Below, one piece after another: positions 39,597-51,950 of a stretch of 64,000 nt of DNA. Below the pieces are notes generated by a model that worked only from the letters and a program-made list of their open reading frames with translations, was not told the DNA's origin and ran no database searches. Location of the stretch: NCBI RefSeq assembly GCF_036321535.1, contig NC_087437.1, positions 77,440,001 to 77,504,000 on the forward strand, written 5' to 3'. The number at the start of each line of letters is the position of its first letter. Within the stretch, counting starts at the first letter, position 1. Made by a program: the position numbers and the translations under genes. This DNA is from Camelus dromedarius. Taxonomy: Eukaryota.

Positions 39597-42500
39597 AAAC
39601 ACAAGATGCACAAGGTATGTCATTAATGCCTTTGGCAGTCATCTGATCTAGGGGCTTCGGTACATAGACCACAACCAGACGAGGCATTCTAATCCTCTAA
39701 AATGGTTAAGTACAGATCCCTGACTTCCTACAGTACTTCTGTCTTTATCAGATGGGATCTGGGTACCCACATTTTAGAAAACTGCCCTAGCTGTTTCTGA
39801 TACCCTGCCTGCTCTTAAAAACCCCCGATCAAATCATCTCATTTTATGTACACAGTTACTTGGGACCATTGGGATGGCACAGCTGAGACTAGAATCCTGG
39901 GTCTGTTCAGAACTCTCTTCACTTTTCTAAGCTTCCTTTATCACCACTGTAGGTAGGTGACTACTTCCAGTGGGTAAGTCATTTTGAAGGATCCCCAGAT
40001 GGATAAGTTTCTGAAAGGCCTTTGGAAGAATTTTGTTGGAAAAGGATTGAAATTCTTTTTTGTATTCATTTCAGATTGGCCTAATCTCTGACTCGGGAAT
40101 TGACCTTTGCACAGCAGCCTCTCTGCCGTTTCCTCTTCACCTTCCCATGTCCCCCATTTATGCAGATCCTCTTTCTTGTCACTGATATGGCTGAAGCTCC
40201 CACTTTGCCCCCAGCCTCATCTTATTTCAGCATTTTCTGATCACTCCAGCCAAAGTATCTCTTCTTCCTCTGACATTTATCAAGACCTTTCATATGACCC
40301 TTAACTGTATATTGTCAAATATTGTTACCTTTTTAAAATGGTGATAGGTCATTTTCAGTGTCGCATCATAAGTTGTTTAAAGGCAAGAACCACTTCTCCT
40401 CTGTATCTCTCGCCATATCAGGAACAGTGCTTCAGAGCTGGCAAACACTCAAAGACAGATGATTGCTTCTCTAGAATAACTGTCGGATTATTTGAAAACT
40501 CTGACTTATTCCTTGTTTATGAGCTTCTAGTGCCTGGAAACAGGAGAAAGTGTTACATTGGACAGTGTCCAGTGACGTGTCCAAAGGCTAGCTCTTATAA
40601 TTTGTAGATAAACTCTGAATAAAATATCAACTTTTTCAGATTTGGCAATCAGTGCCATTGATTTTGGAAGGAAAAACTGTCCATGAGCACAGTACTACCA
40701 TTATGATTGATTATAGAATGACTGTATTTTACAGCAGTTCTTAATGCTACATGTATGCAGAATGTCCTACATGTATCCAAAAACGTATGCAGACGTTTTT
40801 GGATAAACTTGATGAGGTTGCTATGATTTGAAAGTACTTTAATAAAGTGTCCTTATGGCTTCCTTTAGTACTTACAAAGTTAATTCCCAAAAAACCCATA
40901 GCGTCACCATTCTGCCTGTTCCCACAAACTGCACATGGCAGTGAGCAAATTTTACAGCTTTCCTATTGACATACTGGTTCTCCATCTGAACTCTCATGGG
41001 CGTTTTCACTTCCTCTTACTCTTACTGTAACATTTCTTCAAAGAGTGTTTTTATTTTTATGCTGTGTTGTATTTTGACCCTGAATACACAGAACTTTTCA
41101 GCAACTGGGGAATCCTCCAAAAAAATCTATGCTTTCGACATGAATAGTCCAGTTTCACTTGGTGTGTATTATTCACAGAAGTGCTTCATCCTCTTTGTAG
41201 CTTGTTGTGCAGCAGATGGTCGTTATATCATTTCACAACTCTTCAGGGAATGCATGAAGACATGTGCGCAAGTAAAAAAGTCTTATTGTGGCAACCATCT
41301 TGTGTGCTTATTGATGGAGTTCCCTGTGACAGATAAGGCTTTTCAAACTGGAAAATTAGTTTTCAGTTTTCAGTGAAGTTTTTTGGGGATAGTTAGGTAT
41401 TTACTTAACTGCCACCTTTTTCCTTTTGAAAGTCAGGGTTAGATGGTTAGATCTGGAATTCTTGCTATATAAGCTGCTTTTTTTCCTCTCCCCCCCACCC
41501 CCGTTTTTTTTTTTTTTTTTTTTTTTTGGCATGAGCACACCAGCTCTGAGGGCCATCTGAGACGTTCTGAATCTGCAGACGGGGCTTTTAAAGAAAGAAA
41601 TTGCTGTTCTCCTACATCAGCCATGCAGACTTAGAAACAGACTTTAAAGGAAAACAGAGACATGTGTGTTCTCACTGTGTATTATTGTTGCGCCCCCTCA
41701 CATAGCTGTTAGGATTTGTCAGCAGTTTGTTTTGACTCACTCTGCTGAGGTGGGGGTGGTTTTGTGTGTTTTTGTAAGTTAACTAGTGTGGGATGTCAGT
41801 AATCTCAACTTTACCATTTTGATTGGCCATGATCCATCCATTTCTCAGGCCATATATTAATACTGGAACTTGCCCTGAAATATTAGCCAAATAATTTCCT
41901 CTTTCTATATCTATGGAGGTCAAAACCGGGTCCTTAAGATTATATCCTCTTTTTTGTTTCATGATGCCTCTGTGATGTGTTCATGGTATCTCCCTAGACT
42001 AATTTGGGAACCTCCTTGAATTGTTCTTTTCAATTTATCTTAATAGTTCTTCTCACATAATAAAATTTAATGTTACTTATTCTGGCAAGATGGGGAATAC
42101 CCCCAGGCCCACATTTCATTTCTTGGGAGGTAGGTTTAGACACAGATAGCCATGATAGACTGTTTTGACTGGGGATAAGGAAGTCTTTGGTAACGTGTGA
42201 AAGAGATGATGGAGTTCCTGGACTTGACTGAATGGGTTTTCTGGTTTCAGAAACCATTAACAGAGGGAAGATGACCTAGGCAGATCTGCCTTGATCCTTT
42301 TACTGTTTCGTAAGAGAAATGATACTCTAGGAAGTTGTGCAATGTGATGCTCCTAGTACACCTTTGGCATGACCTTCAGGTTGGAAAGTAAAGTTTTGTA
42401 GATGAGACACAAAAGGCACACAGTGTTTTCCTTTAGTCACCCAAAGTACCCATTACATTTAAAGATCAGTGTAGATGTCTTTTGTCCCCGATAACTTTCC

Positions 42501-45500
42501 ATTAGATAACTGCTCTTTATTTACTTCCTCTGCTATATGTGTGGCATCATTCCCACCGCAGGTTACAGTCTTCTTAGTATACATTTATTGTAAACTGTCA
42601 TTTACGTGGGAGTAAAATAACTAGAATTCTTTTCACATTTTCAGTACTTGACATTTCAGAAAGAGACAGATGGCAAGTAAACAAGGTGAGAGCAGGGCTT
42701 TATTTGCTGTGTTACAATCTCAGACTAATGTAAAGAATTTTAATTAGATGTTATTTTAGGAAGTTTCCAATTCCCTGCAGGTCATTGAAGCTTGGACAGA
42801 AGCAAAATGTATACCAAGTATTTTAATATATCAGCAGTCTACTGCATGTAGTTGAGAGTTCGTCTGGAATGGGTAGGTTATATTTTAAGAGGATGAAAAA
42901 TTTTCTGGGTCCCAGTGTGCCTTAGAGTAAAACTGTTTTTCTATGTAATTTTAAATGACACTGTTTTAAATTTCTATTTGGAGTTCAGTTAAGTTGGTTT
43001 AATTTAAACATTAAAAAATTTCTTCTGATAGCATATCTTTCCTTCTTAGTAAACTCACGGTCATTTTACTTCATGGTGATTGTTTTTACATTCCCATAGC
43101 TCTCGTGGAGATTTTCTTCGCTGTGAGATAGTAGTTGCTACAGATGATTCAAAATTCAGTTCTTTGGTTTTCACAAAATATTTCTGTGAAATATGACTTC
43201 AGAGTTTTTTTGTTTTTTGTTTTAGCTTGAAGTTAGTTTTTTAGAACCATTCATGATATGGGAAAATAAATTCATGTATGATGCCTTCTTAGGTCATTGT
43301 AGAATTACATATTTGTTTTCATCTGTACAAATAATATGAAGATCTTGGAAAAACATTTGCTTCTTACCATTGAAGTAAAAAATAGAGATCCTTGTAAAAT
43401 GCCTGATGCTGATAGTTCGTGGAGGTTAACGAGTGATAAGCAAAAGGCAGACTGTCCTTCAGTTGCAGAAAGTTACGAAGTTTGTACAACTCACTGGCTC
43501 TGGGGATAGCATGTATTTATTGTTTAACTGGTGAGTAAGGAAAGCTTCTGATGAAAGGTCCAGTAGATCATTTTTTCCCCTCAAGATTACAACATTTCTG
43601 AAGAATGCAGAGTCTCTCATGATCTGGTAGTAGTAAAGTTAAAATTGAAAAGTGACTTTCTTTCATTGGTATAAACTCAGAAAAGATTAACAGAAGAATT
43701 CTGAACTAGACCTGCACACACTATGTGTTTTATTTATTTGTTTTAACAAGACTGAGTCCTTTTTGTTTCCTTCTCATTTTAGGTGTGTAATCCACTTTCA
43801 GGTTTGTGCTAAAATTTGTTGTAAATACAACATGATGTCAATATTGTATAGCCTCTCCTTTTCCCCCATTTAGTTATATTAATCTCCTGATTTCTCTTCA
43901 ATTACTGGGAATAAATATATGCTTCCTTCAGCACTTTTGTTGATTTAAGGAGCACTACACATTGCTCATCTGAATAATAGCACCTACTGTGTACAACTCT
44001 GTAAGAAGTAGTTCCTTGGATTTTGAGTGAAAGCCTCGCAAAATCACGATCAGAATCTGTTGTACCGCTACATGAGCTGTTTCTCCAGGTGAAGTCGGTA
44101 TGGTAAAAGAAGTGCAGAGTCCTGACGTTCTTATGAAGGCTTGATTTTCCTATGTAACCTGTTTTCTTCTTATTAGAGGTTAACTCAGTCCTTAACATGT
44201 GTTTCAGATTCTTGAGCTTATTTTATATACACTGCAGGTGTTTTGACTGATACAATTTAGAAGGATGTAAAGATCTCTTTTGCAGTAAAAAAGAAAAAAA
44301 TCAGTAGTAAAACAGCAGAGTTATTTTAATGGATAATATGAGGAAGCCAATTCATTCGAGACCTGATAATCTTAAGATCTAGGAAAAATAGTTAAATTTT
44401 CAGGGGTTTTTTTTGGTAATTAAAGGTTTTGCTAAATTATCAAGTTCTAAATCCTTGGGGTACTGGTCTTTAGTGCTCATTTAACTATTTGAGAGGAATC
44501 TGTTATGTAAAGCTTAGAATTTTCATTTTAAAATTTGTGCTGCTCCAAGATTAAAAAAAAAAAAGAAAACCTTATCTTTGACTTGTTTATTATTGATGAT
44601 TTAATTTAATTGAGATTAAAAAGAGAAGCATATCGAAGTTCTGAAATTTCCATGAATAATAAAATAATAAAATTATTTGGATTATCAGGAAAATGCCTAA
44701 GAACGTGAGTCTTATTTTTTTTTTTTAATTAGAATTAAGCGCATTCATACTTGCAATACCCTACCCCTAGATACTGAAAACAAACCTTAACAGCATTTCT
44801 TATTCAGAAAATGGAACTGATTACAAGCAGAGAGAAAATATCCTACTGAGTGTTTAAAAGCCAGATCCGTTGTAAAAAGAGTAAAAATCATTAATTTTTA
44901 TCTTGCATTAAAGTCTCTGATTTTGTCTTTAGTTTTAACTGGTCATGGGAGTTAATAAACCTTTTTGTCCCAGAGAAAGGTATTTGTCCCAGAGAAAGGT
45001 CTGCTTTCACTATGATTCCTGAAGCAGGAGTCTGGAATGCTCTCCAGAACCATTGTGCTGAATGAGTTGTCATTTTTACTTGCTAGCCTCAAAATCTGTT
45101 CTCATTATATGAGCGCATCTGGTGGAAGTGAATAGAAACCGTGATGGCTATAACCTTGAGTAATAACACAGCACAAAGCACTGCTTCTTCGTATGAGTGG
45201 TTTATCTTTTATTATTTCTTCATTCTTTGCTCTTCTACCCCCATCTCAGAACAGACTCCCTCAGGTCTTTTTGTTCCAGCCACTCACCATTTTTCAGTGT
45301 TTCAGGCCTTTAGGACCTTCACATCCACAGCTTCATCTGCCTGAATTTTTTCCACCTATCTCTCTCACCCTTGCTCACCCTTCAGATCGTAACTCAAATG
45401 TCAGTTCCTGAGAGAGGACTTCCTTGACTGATCACTTGAAATTACTCTGCACGTCGTTTTCTGTCATGGCGCTCTATTCTCTTCTTTCCAGACCCTCCCA

Positions 45501-48500
45501 TAAACTCTGTGTAAGATTCTTTTCTTCACACTCCTCTCAGTGCCTGCTCCAGTTCCTACACGTAGTAGGGTCTCAGTCACGATGCATTAAAGGAATGAGG
45601 GGTGAGCGTACACGGATCTCAGCCTAGGTGCTATTTCAGCAGCATCATAAAACTTGGCAGGCAATACTAAACCTCTCACGGACAGGAGGGAGTGTTGTTG
45701 GTTTTTGTTGTTGGGGTGCAGTTTTGTTGTCTTTCTGGGGATGGAGGGAAAAATTTAACAGTTACCAAGCCACATAAATTTAATTAAATTGGGCTTGTTA
45801 ATCTTGTATGGTCCAGAGATAATTTCTTTTAATCAGCAGAGGATTATATTTTCACGTGACATTTTAGAAAGGGTGAAAAGGGCCTTGCAGCCATATGCAT
45901 CACTCCTTTGCCGGCTGATCCATAATTAGAACCAGGATGGAGAATCTGCTTAGCAGAGAACCGAAAAGCAGAGACAGCAGAGTTACAAGAGAAACCACTT
46001 TCCTCAAATTTCATTATTTGTTTTCCTTTACTGCATAAAATTGGCATGTTTAAAAGTTTTACTGAGATGGAACCCCAGTGCATCCATGTTACATTTCTTC
46101 TTAATACAGATTAAACTAAAGTTTCAAAATCCCTGTGACAGAAGTGCTCTTGGGTAGTTTCTTGCTCATGACTCTGAAGTTAATGAACGTAGTATTATGA
46201 ATATACACAGGGGTCCTTGGTACAGCTCATGAAACAGGTGAGTAGTATTCAAGTGTTACTTTATACCTTTTTGAAAGAATCACTGTCTTTATATAGAAAT
46301 AATTGTATCATGCCAGATTTTTTTTTAACATTTTAATAAATTGTTCCTTGTTTCCAGTTGTGTCAACCCGAAATGCTTTGACCAGCTTTTTGACTTCTTG
46401 CTACTTTTCTGAACCATATTCTGTACCTCCAACCATTACTCAATATCCCATATGGCAGTATTTCCTCTTTATAGCTTTGTTTCTTTGGTTCCCTTAATTT
46501 GAAATAGTTTTTTTAAAAAAAACCATGGTACTCTCATGTTACTTCCTGAATAACATTTAAACTTTAGCCTCACTTGTCTGATTTCAGTTCCTGGAGTATG
46601 TGCCCAGGTCCTTTCTACCTTGTTGCCTCTTCCAGTTGCCTCCACTTCCTGAAAAGTGATTCCTCTGAGTCTTCACATTTTTGAGAGTAGAGGCACACAT
46701 CCGAGTATAAGTATCACCTGCTTAGATGAATTTTCTTTGGCCACTCTTATCGGGGCTAATTGTCCCAATTAGTATTTTGAATGTTTGCTGATGGTTTTTC
46801 CCTTTTCCCAAGTGTGTTATCTGTCTTTCAAGGTATAATTCAAGTTCTTATTCTTAAAGTATTTTCTGAATACTTGAGTGTTAGGATTTCAGTAGTGTAG
46901 AAACAGAGTTCGATCTTGGTTCTTTGATGTACTCGATCTAGTTAAGGGACACTCAGGGTCCTCAGGACTCACAAAGGAGAGCACCTGAGCTCAGCTGGAG
47001 GTCACAGAAGACCTCAGTGGGGAATTATATATGAGTAGGTAGCAGTTAGAGCTATGCAGGGTAAGGGTGGAAGACATTTTCAAGGAGCGGGAAGTCACAC
47101 GTAGCTCAAGAGTATGTAAAAGCAGGTTGTGTTGGGGTTCTGAGGTGTTGGGCATCTTAGTAGGGTGGGAAGCTGGGGATTTTGGTGACCTCTTGATACT
47201 TTTTCTCTTCTGACTTTTCGGCTGTGAGCATGGTTATGTTTCTGATGAGGGGTAGAAGGGAGAGGATACCTCAAAGGAAAAAAAGCAAGTGAACGGCCCT
47301 AATAGCGTACCACACAGTTTCATATTTAAATGACAGAGTTTTGCACTTTGGATATTCACTGTTAGCTAGCTCTTCATTTTGAAGTTGGGTGTTGTTGATG
47401 AGTATTCTTGGTACTTCACTTATTTTAGCTTTGTACTAGACCACGTGCCACATACACACACTGGGCACTCAGTTACCACCTGAAAGCACTGACCCCCGTT
47501 TTGAGAACAGAGTTTGACTTTTAAGTTTGGTGAGTTTTCTTCATTGAGCCCTAGTCAAGTTTGCCGTGGACATCCATTCCACTTCCATCGGGCTCCTTCT
47601 GGGATACGCCTTTGATTGTATGCAGGTATGGATCTTGCTTTGCTACCCTAAAATGAAGTTAGAGAATCAGATATTTTCCTGTCTTAGAGCTTCAACTTTA
47701 AAATTTTATCGTAGATGGCAGGGTTGTTTCAAAACAAACTTTAAAGACAGAGATGTTTCTTTAAAAGAAAAAAATGTATTTCTCATCTGTCTGCTCTCTC
47801 TCACAACAAAATCTGATTGACCTTTCTTGTTATTAGATGATGCTTCATACGATGATGGATCCTGCATCCAGGTAACCGACACTTCCCCTCTCAGAAAACA
47901 TTCAGATCCTTGTCTTTCTGACTCAGGGGAAGTATTACATACAGAGGAAAAGTCTTTGATAGGAAATGTTGCTTCCTGTAGGAAATGAAGTACAAGGATC
48001 TACATGTCCGTCAGATAAACAAGGGACAACCTTATTAGGCAATTTTGGACACCTATTCAGTGGCTTTATTCGAAGACTTTCCCCATGATGATTCTCAGGG
48101 ATTTATACAGTGATTATACCATAGACAGTCTTACAACTTGTTTTGATGTTGACAGCAGTGCATTATGGGAGAAGTAGAAAGGACAGATTCTAACTATATA
48201 TTATCTCTCTCATTGTTTCTTAACGTCTAAAGCAGTACGATTCCTGAGTAAATGTGCCAGTAAAAATGGAGACAAGGCAACTAGACTTGATTGTGAGGGT
48301 ACTTGGGTTTACAGGTGTGCTAGCCAACTGCATATAAAATGAGCTACCCCTTTAAGTTACGACTGTCAGTATTTAAGGGTAGCATTTCAAATGTTATTTG
48401 TTACTAGGGCTGTATGGAGTTAAATATTCAGCAGTAATAAATAATTTGCACTTCTTGTAATGGCTTTCAGTAGCAGGAATTTCTCATACAGAGGGATAAT

Positions 48501-49899
48501 CAATTAGTGTGAAAAATGCTTCCGAAATTAGAATAATGTATCCTGAATTTTTTTTTTGTAATATGCTAGACTGCATGATAGAAAAATTTAAGTGAAAGTA
48601 AATGCTGATTAACTTTGAAAGGATTTTCTTTTTAGGGTTTAGTTTCATCCTAAAGGTAGTTGGGAGAATGGTTAAGTGACACAGGGTTAGGAATTGCTAC
48701 TTGTATTGGGTCTTATTCCTACAGAAGTGGAGAAGATAGAGATGGAGAATTTTCACTGTAGAAGAAGCTCTTCCATATCATGAAGATAGCTGCAGTTTTG
48801 AGAGTAGGAATTGATCTTCTGCCTTCACTTTGTATAGACAAACAGTATTCATTACATTTATTTCACCTGTGTGTTTGATTCTAAAGTGCTTGTCATAAGC
48901 TGCAAAACCAGATTGGAAAACTTAGAGTAGAGATATTTCATGAGCTTAATAAAAATGGTATTTTACAATGTTAGTTTATCATTACATTAAGGGATATCAC
49001 AGTGTCTCTTTAGCAGTTACTACATAGAGAGAAGGGAAAAATTTATTGTTATTTAAATTTTTTTTGTTTGCAGGAAGAAAAAAGAACTGCAGCAAGTTGT
49101 TCATGTTAAATTTTCTGGTGTAGAAATTTGGCACAGAAGTTCCCTAGAAGCTTCTGTTCCATTGTGGTTGAAATGTTTTCTCACCTTTCTGAACTACCTC
49201 ATTACTGCTGATGTAGGTGGTATCTTGAAATGTGCCTAGGGAAAGTGTTGTAAAACTTCCTTTGACCTTTTCTGGACTGAGGGTGAGATACCTTAGACCT
49301 GCTGATTATTTTTAAGCTTAAGTAGGTTGTGTTTCAATAAGAAAGTTTAAGAAACTTCCATCTATGTTTTATATATAATTGTCTTTTGCTTCTAAATTTA
49401 TCACTGAAAGAAAGGTAGGGGGTGTTTTGTCCCAGGGTCAGGAGTATGCTATTTAAACTTATTGGTGCATGTTTGTTTATTTTCTATTCTATGCTAAAAA
49501 CCAAAGTTTGAGACCAAAATGGGAAAATCTTCATTTTGGTGGTAGTTTTAAAAAATGTTTCGTATTTCATGTAATCCTACCTTTAATGTCGCTTGGCATC
49601 CATCTTAATACTTTTTTGCTTTAAGGAAAGATTATCTAATTTGGCTTAATTCACCCAGTGAAACTTCTTTGAACAGCTAATGAAAATCAGTTTGTAGTGT
49701 CCATTGTCATCTGTACTAAAGACTGCTGACTGTTCCCCGAATTCATTTTGCTGCTTTGTTTCATCATATGTTCCCCCATTTTTATCCACGCATAGTAAAG
49801 AATATTTCCTGGGCTCACATGGATCTGATGTGGCCCTGTGAGTAAGTTCTGATTGGATGTGAATGGACGCACAATGTGCAGCTTCTAGATCATGCCCTG

Positions 49900-50130
49900 A
49901 AAGGAAGGCCACGTGCCCTCCTCTGCCCCCTTTTCCTGCTCCCCACTGGCTAGAATGGTCATAAGTCAGCCTGGGCCACACGGAGGAGAGCTATGGCCTA
50001 GGAATGGTGGAGCCTCGGTCGCTGACCACCTCATAGACTAGAGCTGCTGTAACATTAGGTGAGGGGGGAATAAACATCAGTGGAAGTTGCTGCTGTTCTG
50101 TGCCTCTGTCACACAAGCCAAAGCTGTGTG
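49900..50130 (+). mobile_element. Degraded MLT1-type LTR fragment
   Basis: cagcctgggccacacggaggagagc...ctaggaatggtggagc...gaataaacatc; resemblance only. Confidence 0.4.
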
Positions 50131-51802
50131 CTAAAATCGACCACTGTGCTGAAAGCGGTCACTGTTTCTGTGGCATTACTTTGAACTTTAAGTTCCAAAT
50201 TTGTACTGCAGTAATACGTGAAGTCGTGGCCATATGAAGTACAGCTTTATTAACTATGCCTTGCTTAGCTAAAAGCAAGCATTTGAATTCATGCCACTGA
50301 GACTCTTAAATATTGTTGTGATTCACATGATGCATTTATTCCATATTAAATGAATTTGTGACCGTCCCTAACTGTGTTGTGTTTGATGACGCATTGAAGG
50401 TTAAACAGGATATTGTGTATTGAGAGTCCAGATTTCCTGTGTTTTTGTCTTTGTGTCTGCCCTCCCATACCTTCCTTCTGTGATCTTTGTCCCCCAAGTC
50501 TTTCTCTCCTCCTCCTTCATTGGCCGGTTTCTGGGAAAGCTCTGGTGCAGCCCTGCCTGGCCTGCTCACCAGAGCCCTAGGACTTTAATAGAGACCAGGT
50601 GCCTGGCCCTAGTCCTGAACACACACACTGGTGAAATTCAGTTACTTGCTTGGGGAGTTTGTGGGCTTCTATTATAATGGGTGGAAAAATGCTTTGCAAC
50701 CTTTTAGACTAAGTAATACCACTTACAAGAAATTCTGAATGTTATAGGAACCAGCTTTTGTGTGGGAGATGAATACTAGGGGAAAAAAAAGTTTCATAAT
50801 GATGAGTGAGAAGTTTTCAGAAAGCACTGTTCGGTTTGTCATTTTCATCCTCGCACTGGGAATGGGATATAGCTTCACTGAATGATAGGGTTTGGTCTCA
50901 AGTAATTTATTATGTTTCATTATATTAAAATACTGTGTCCTTGCAGAACCATGGTAAATTATGTGTGAAACTCTCCATAGGGGCAGTTGAAAGGCAGTGT
51001 TCTATTACAAGAACAACTCACGTCCTTCTGTTGATGCCCTTTCCATTCTCTGTATTTATGGCGGTGCCAAATTTCATCACATTCTGTGTGCAGAGATAGA
51101 ACTGCATGCAAATACCAGGCATCTTGCATTTTAAAGAAAACTAGGGGATGGCCACATGTAATCTTCCTTGCCTATGATTCATTCACATTTTGAAATTCAA
51201 TTTATATATGAATGGAAAACAGGAAACATTTCCTTCCACATCAGTCTATATACAACCTTCAAACACCACAGACTATATCCAGATCCTTGGAGCAATATTG
51301 GAAATCTCTTGTTTCGCTGGATCCACTTAGAGACCATCGTTCTTCTCTTTACTCTCAAAACCTCTTCCTGCCAAGGTTTCCACAACGTTCTGACTCCCAT
51401 AGCAGGCATATGCGTGGAGACGTCAGCATTAGTCTTTCACAGCACACTCCAGCCTCTGGAAGGAACTTTTCCCCACAGTCTTTTTACACTTCAGATGTTA
51501 CCTTTGTTCTAGGCAGCTGTAATTCTCCCCTCGTTGACTTCACTATCAGGAACTCTTACCAGTATCCCACTCAGCCATGTGTCTCCTTGGCCAAGTCATG
51601 CTAGCCTTTGGAATCCTTAATTCCAAAATCTCATTCTACAAACATACCCCTAGTTTTTCTACCTCACTTATTTCCTTGTACCTGTGAAATCTGCTTTTAA
51701 ATTTAATCAGCATCCTCTGTTATTCCTACTCCATTCTCTGGCCTCTTGATTCTCTTCAGGCTTCATTCATTTCCATACCCACTTTGGAGCCCGTTAATCA
51801 TT

Positions 51803-51950
51803 AGGCAGACAGATCTGAGTTCAAACTTTAGCTCTCCAAGTTACTAACTGTGCAGCTTAAATAATTTACCTGACTTCTCTGTGTCTCAATATCCTTACGT
51901 GTAAGAAGGGTATTATAATACCCAGCTAGTGGAGTGGTTGAAAGTATAGT
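51803..51950 (+). mobile_element. MIR SINE
   Basis: agacagatctgagttcaaac...ttactaactgtg...acttctctgtgtctcaatatcctt..gtgtaagaagggtattataata (MIR core). Confidence 0.75.

Noticed and set aside
41686..41704. CTCF-like motifs (also ~41209 and ~45112)
   Set aside because: Only partial matches, with mismatches at core positions.
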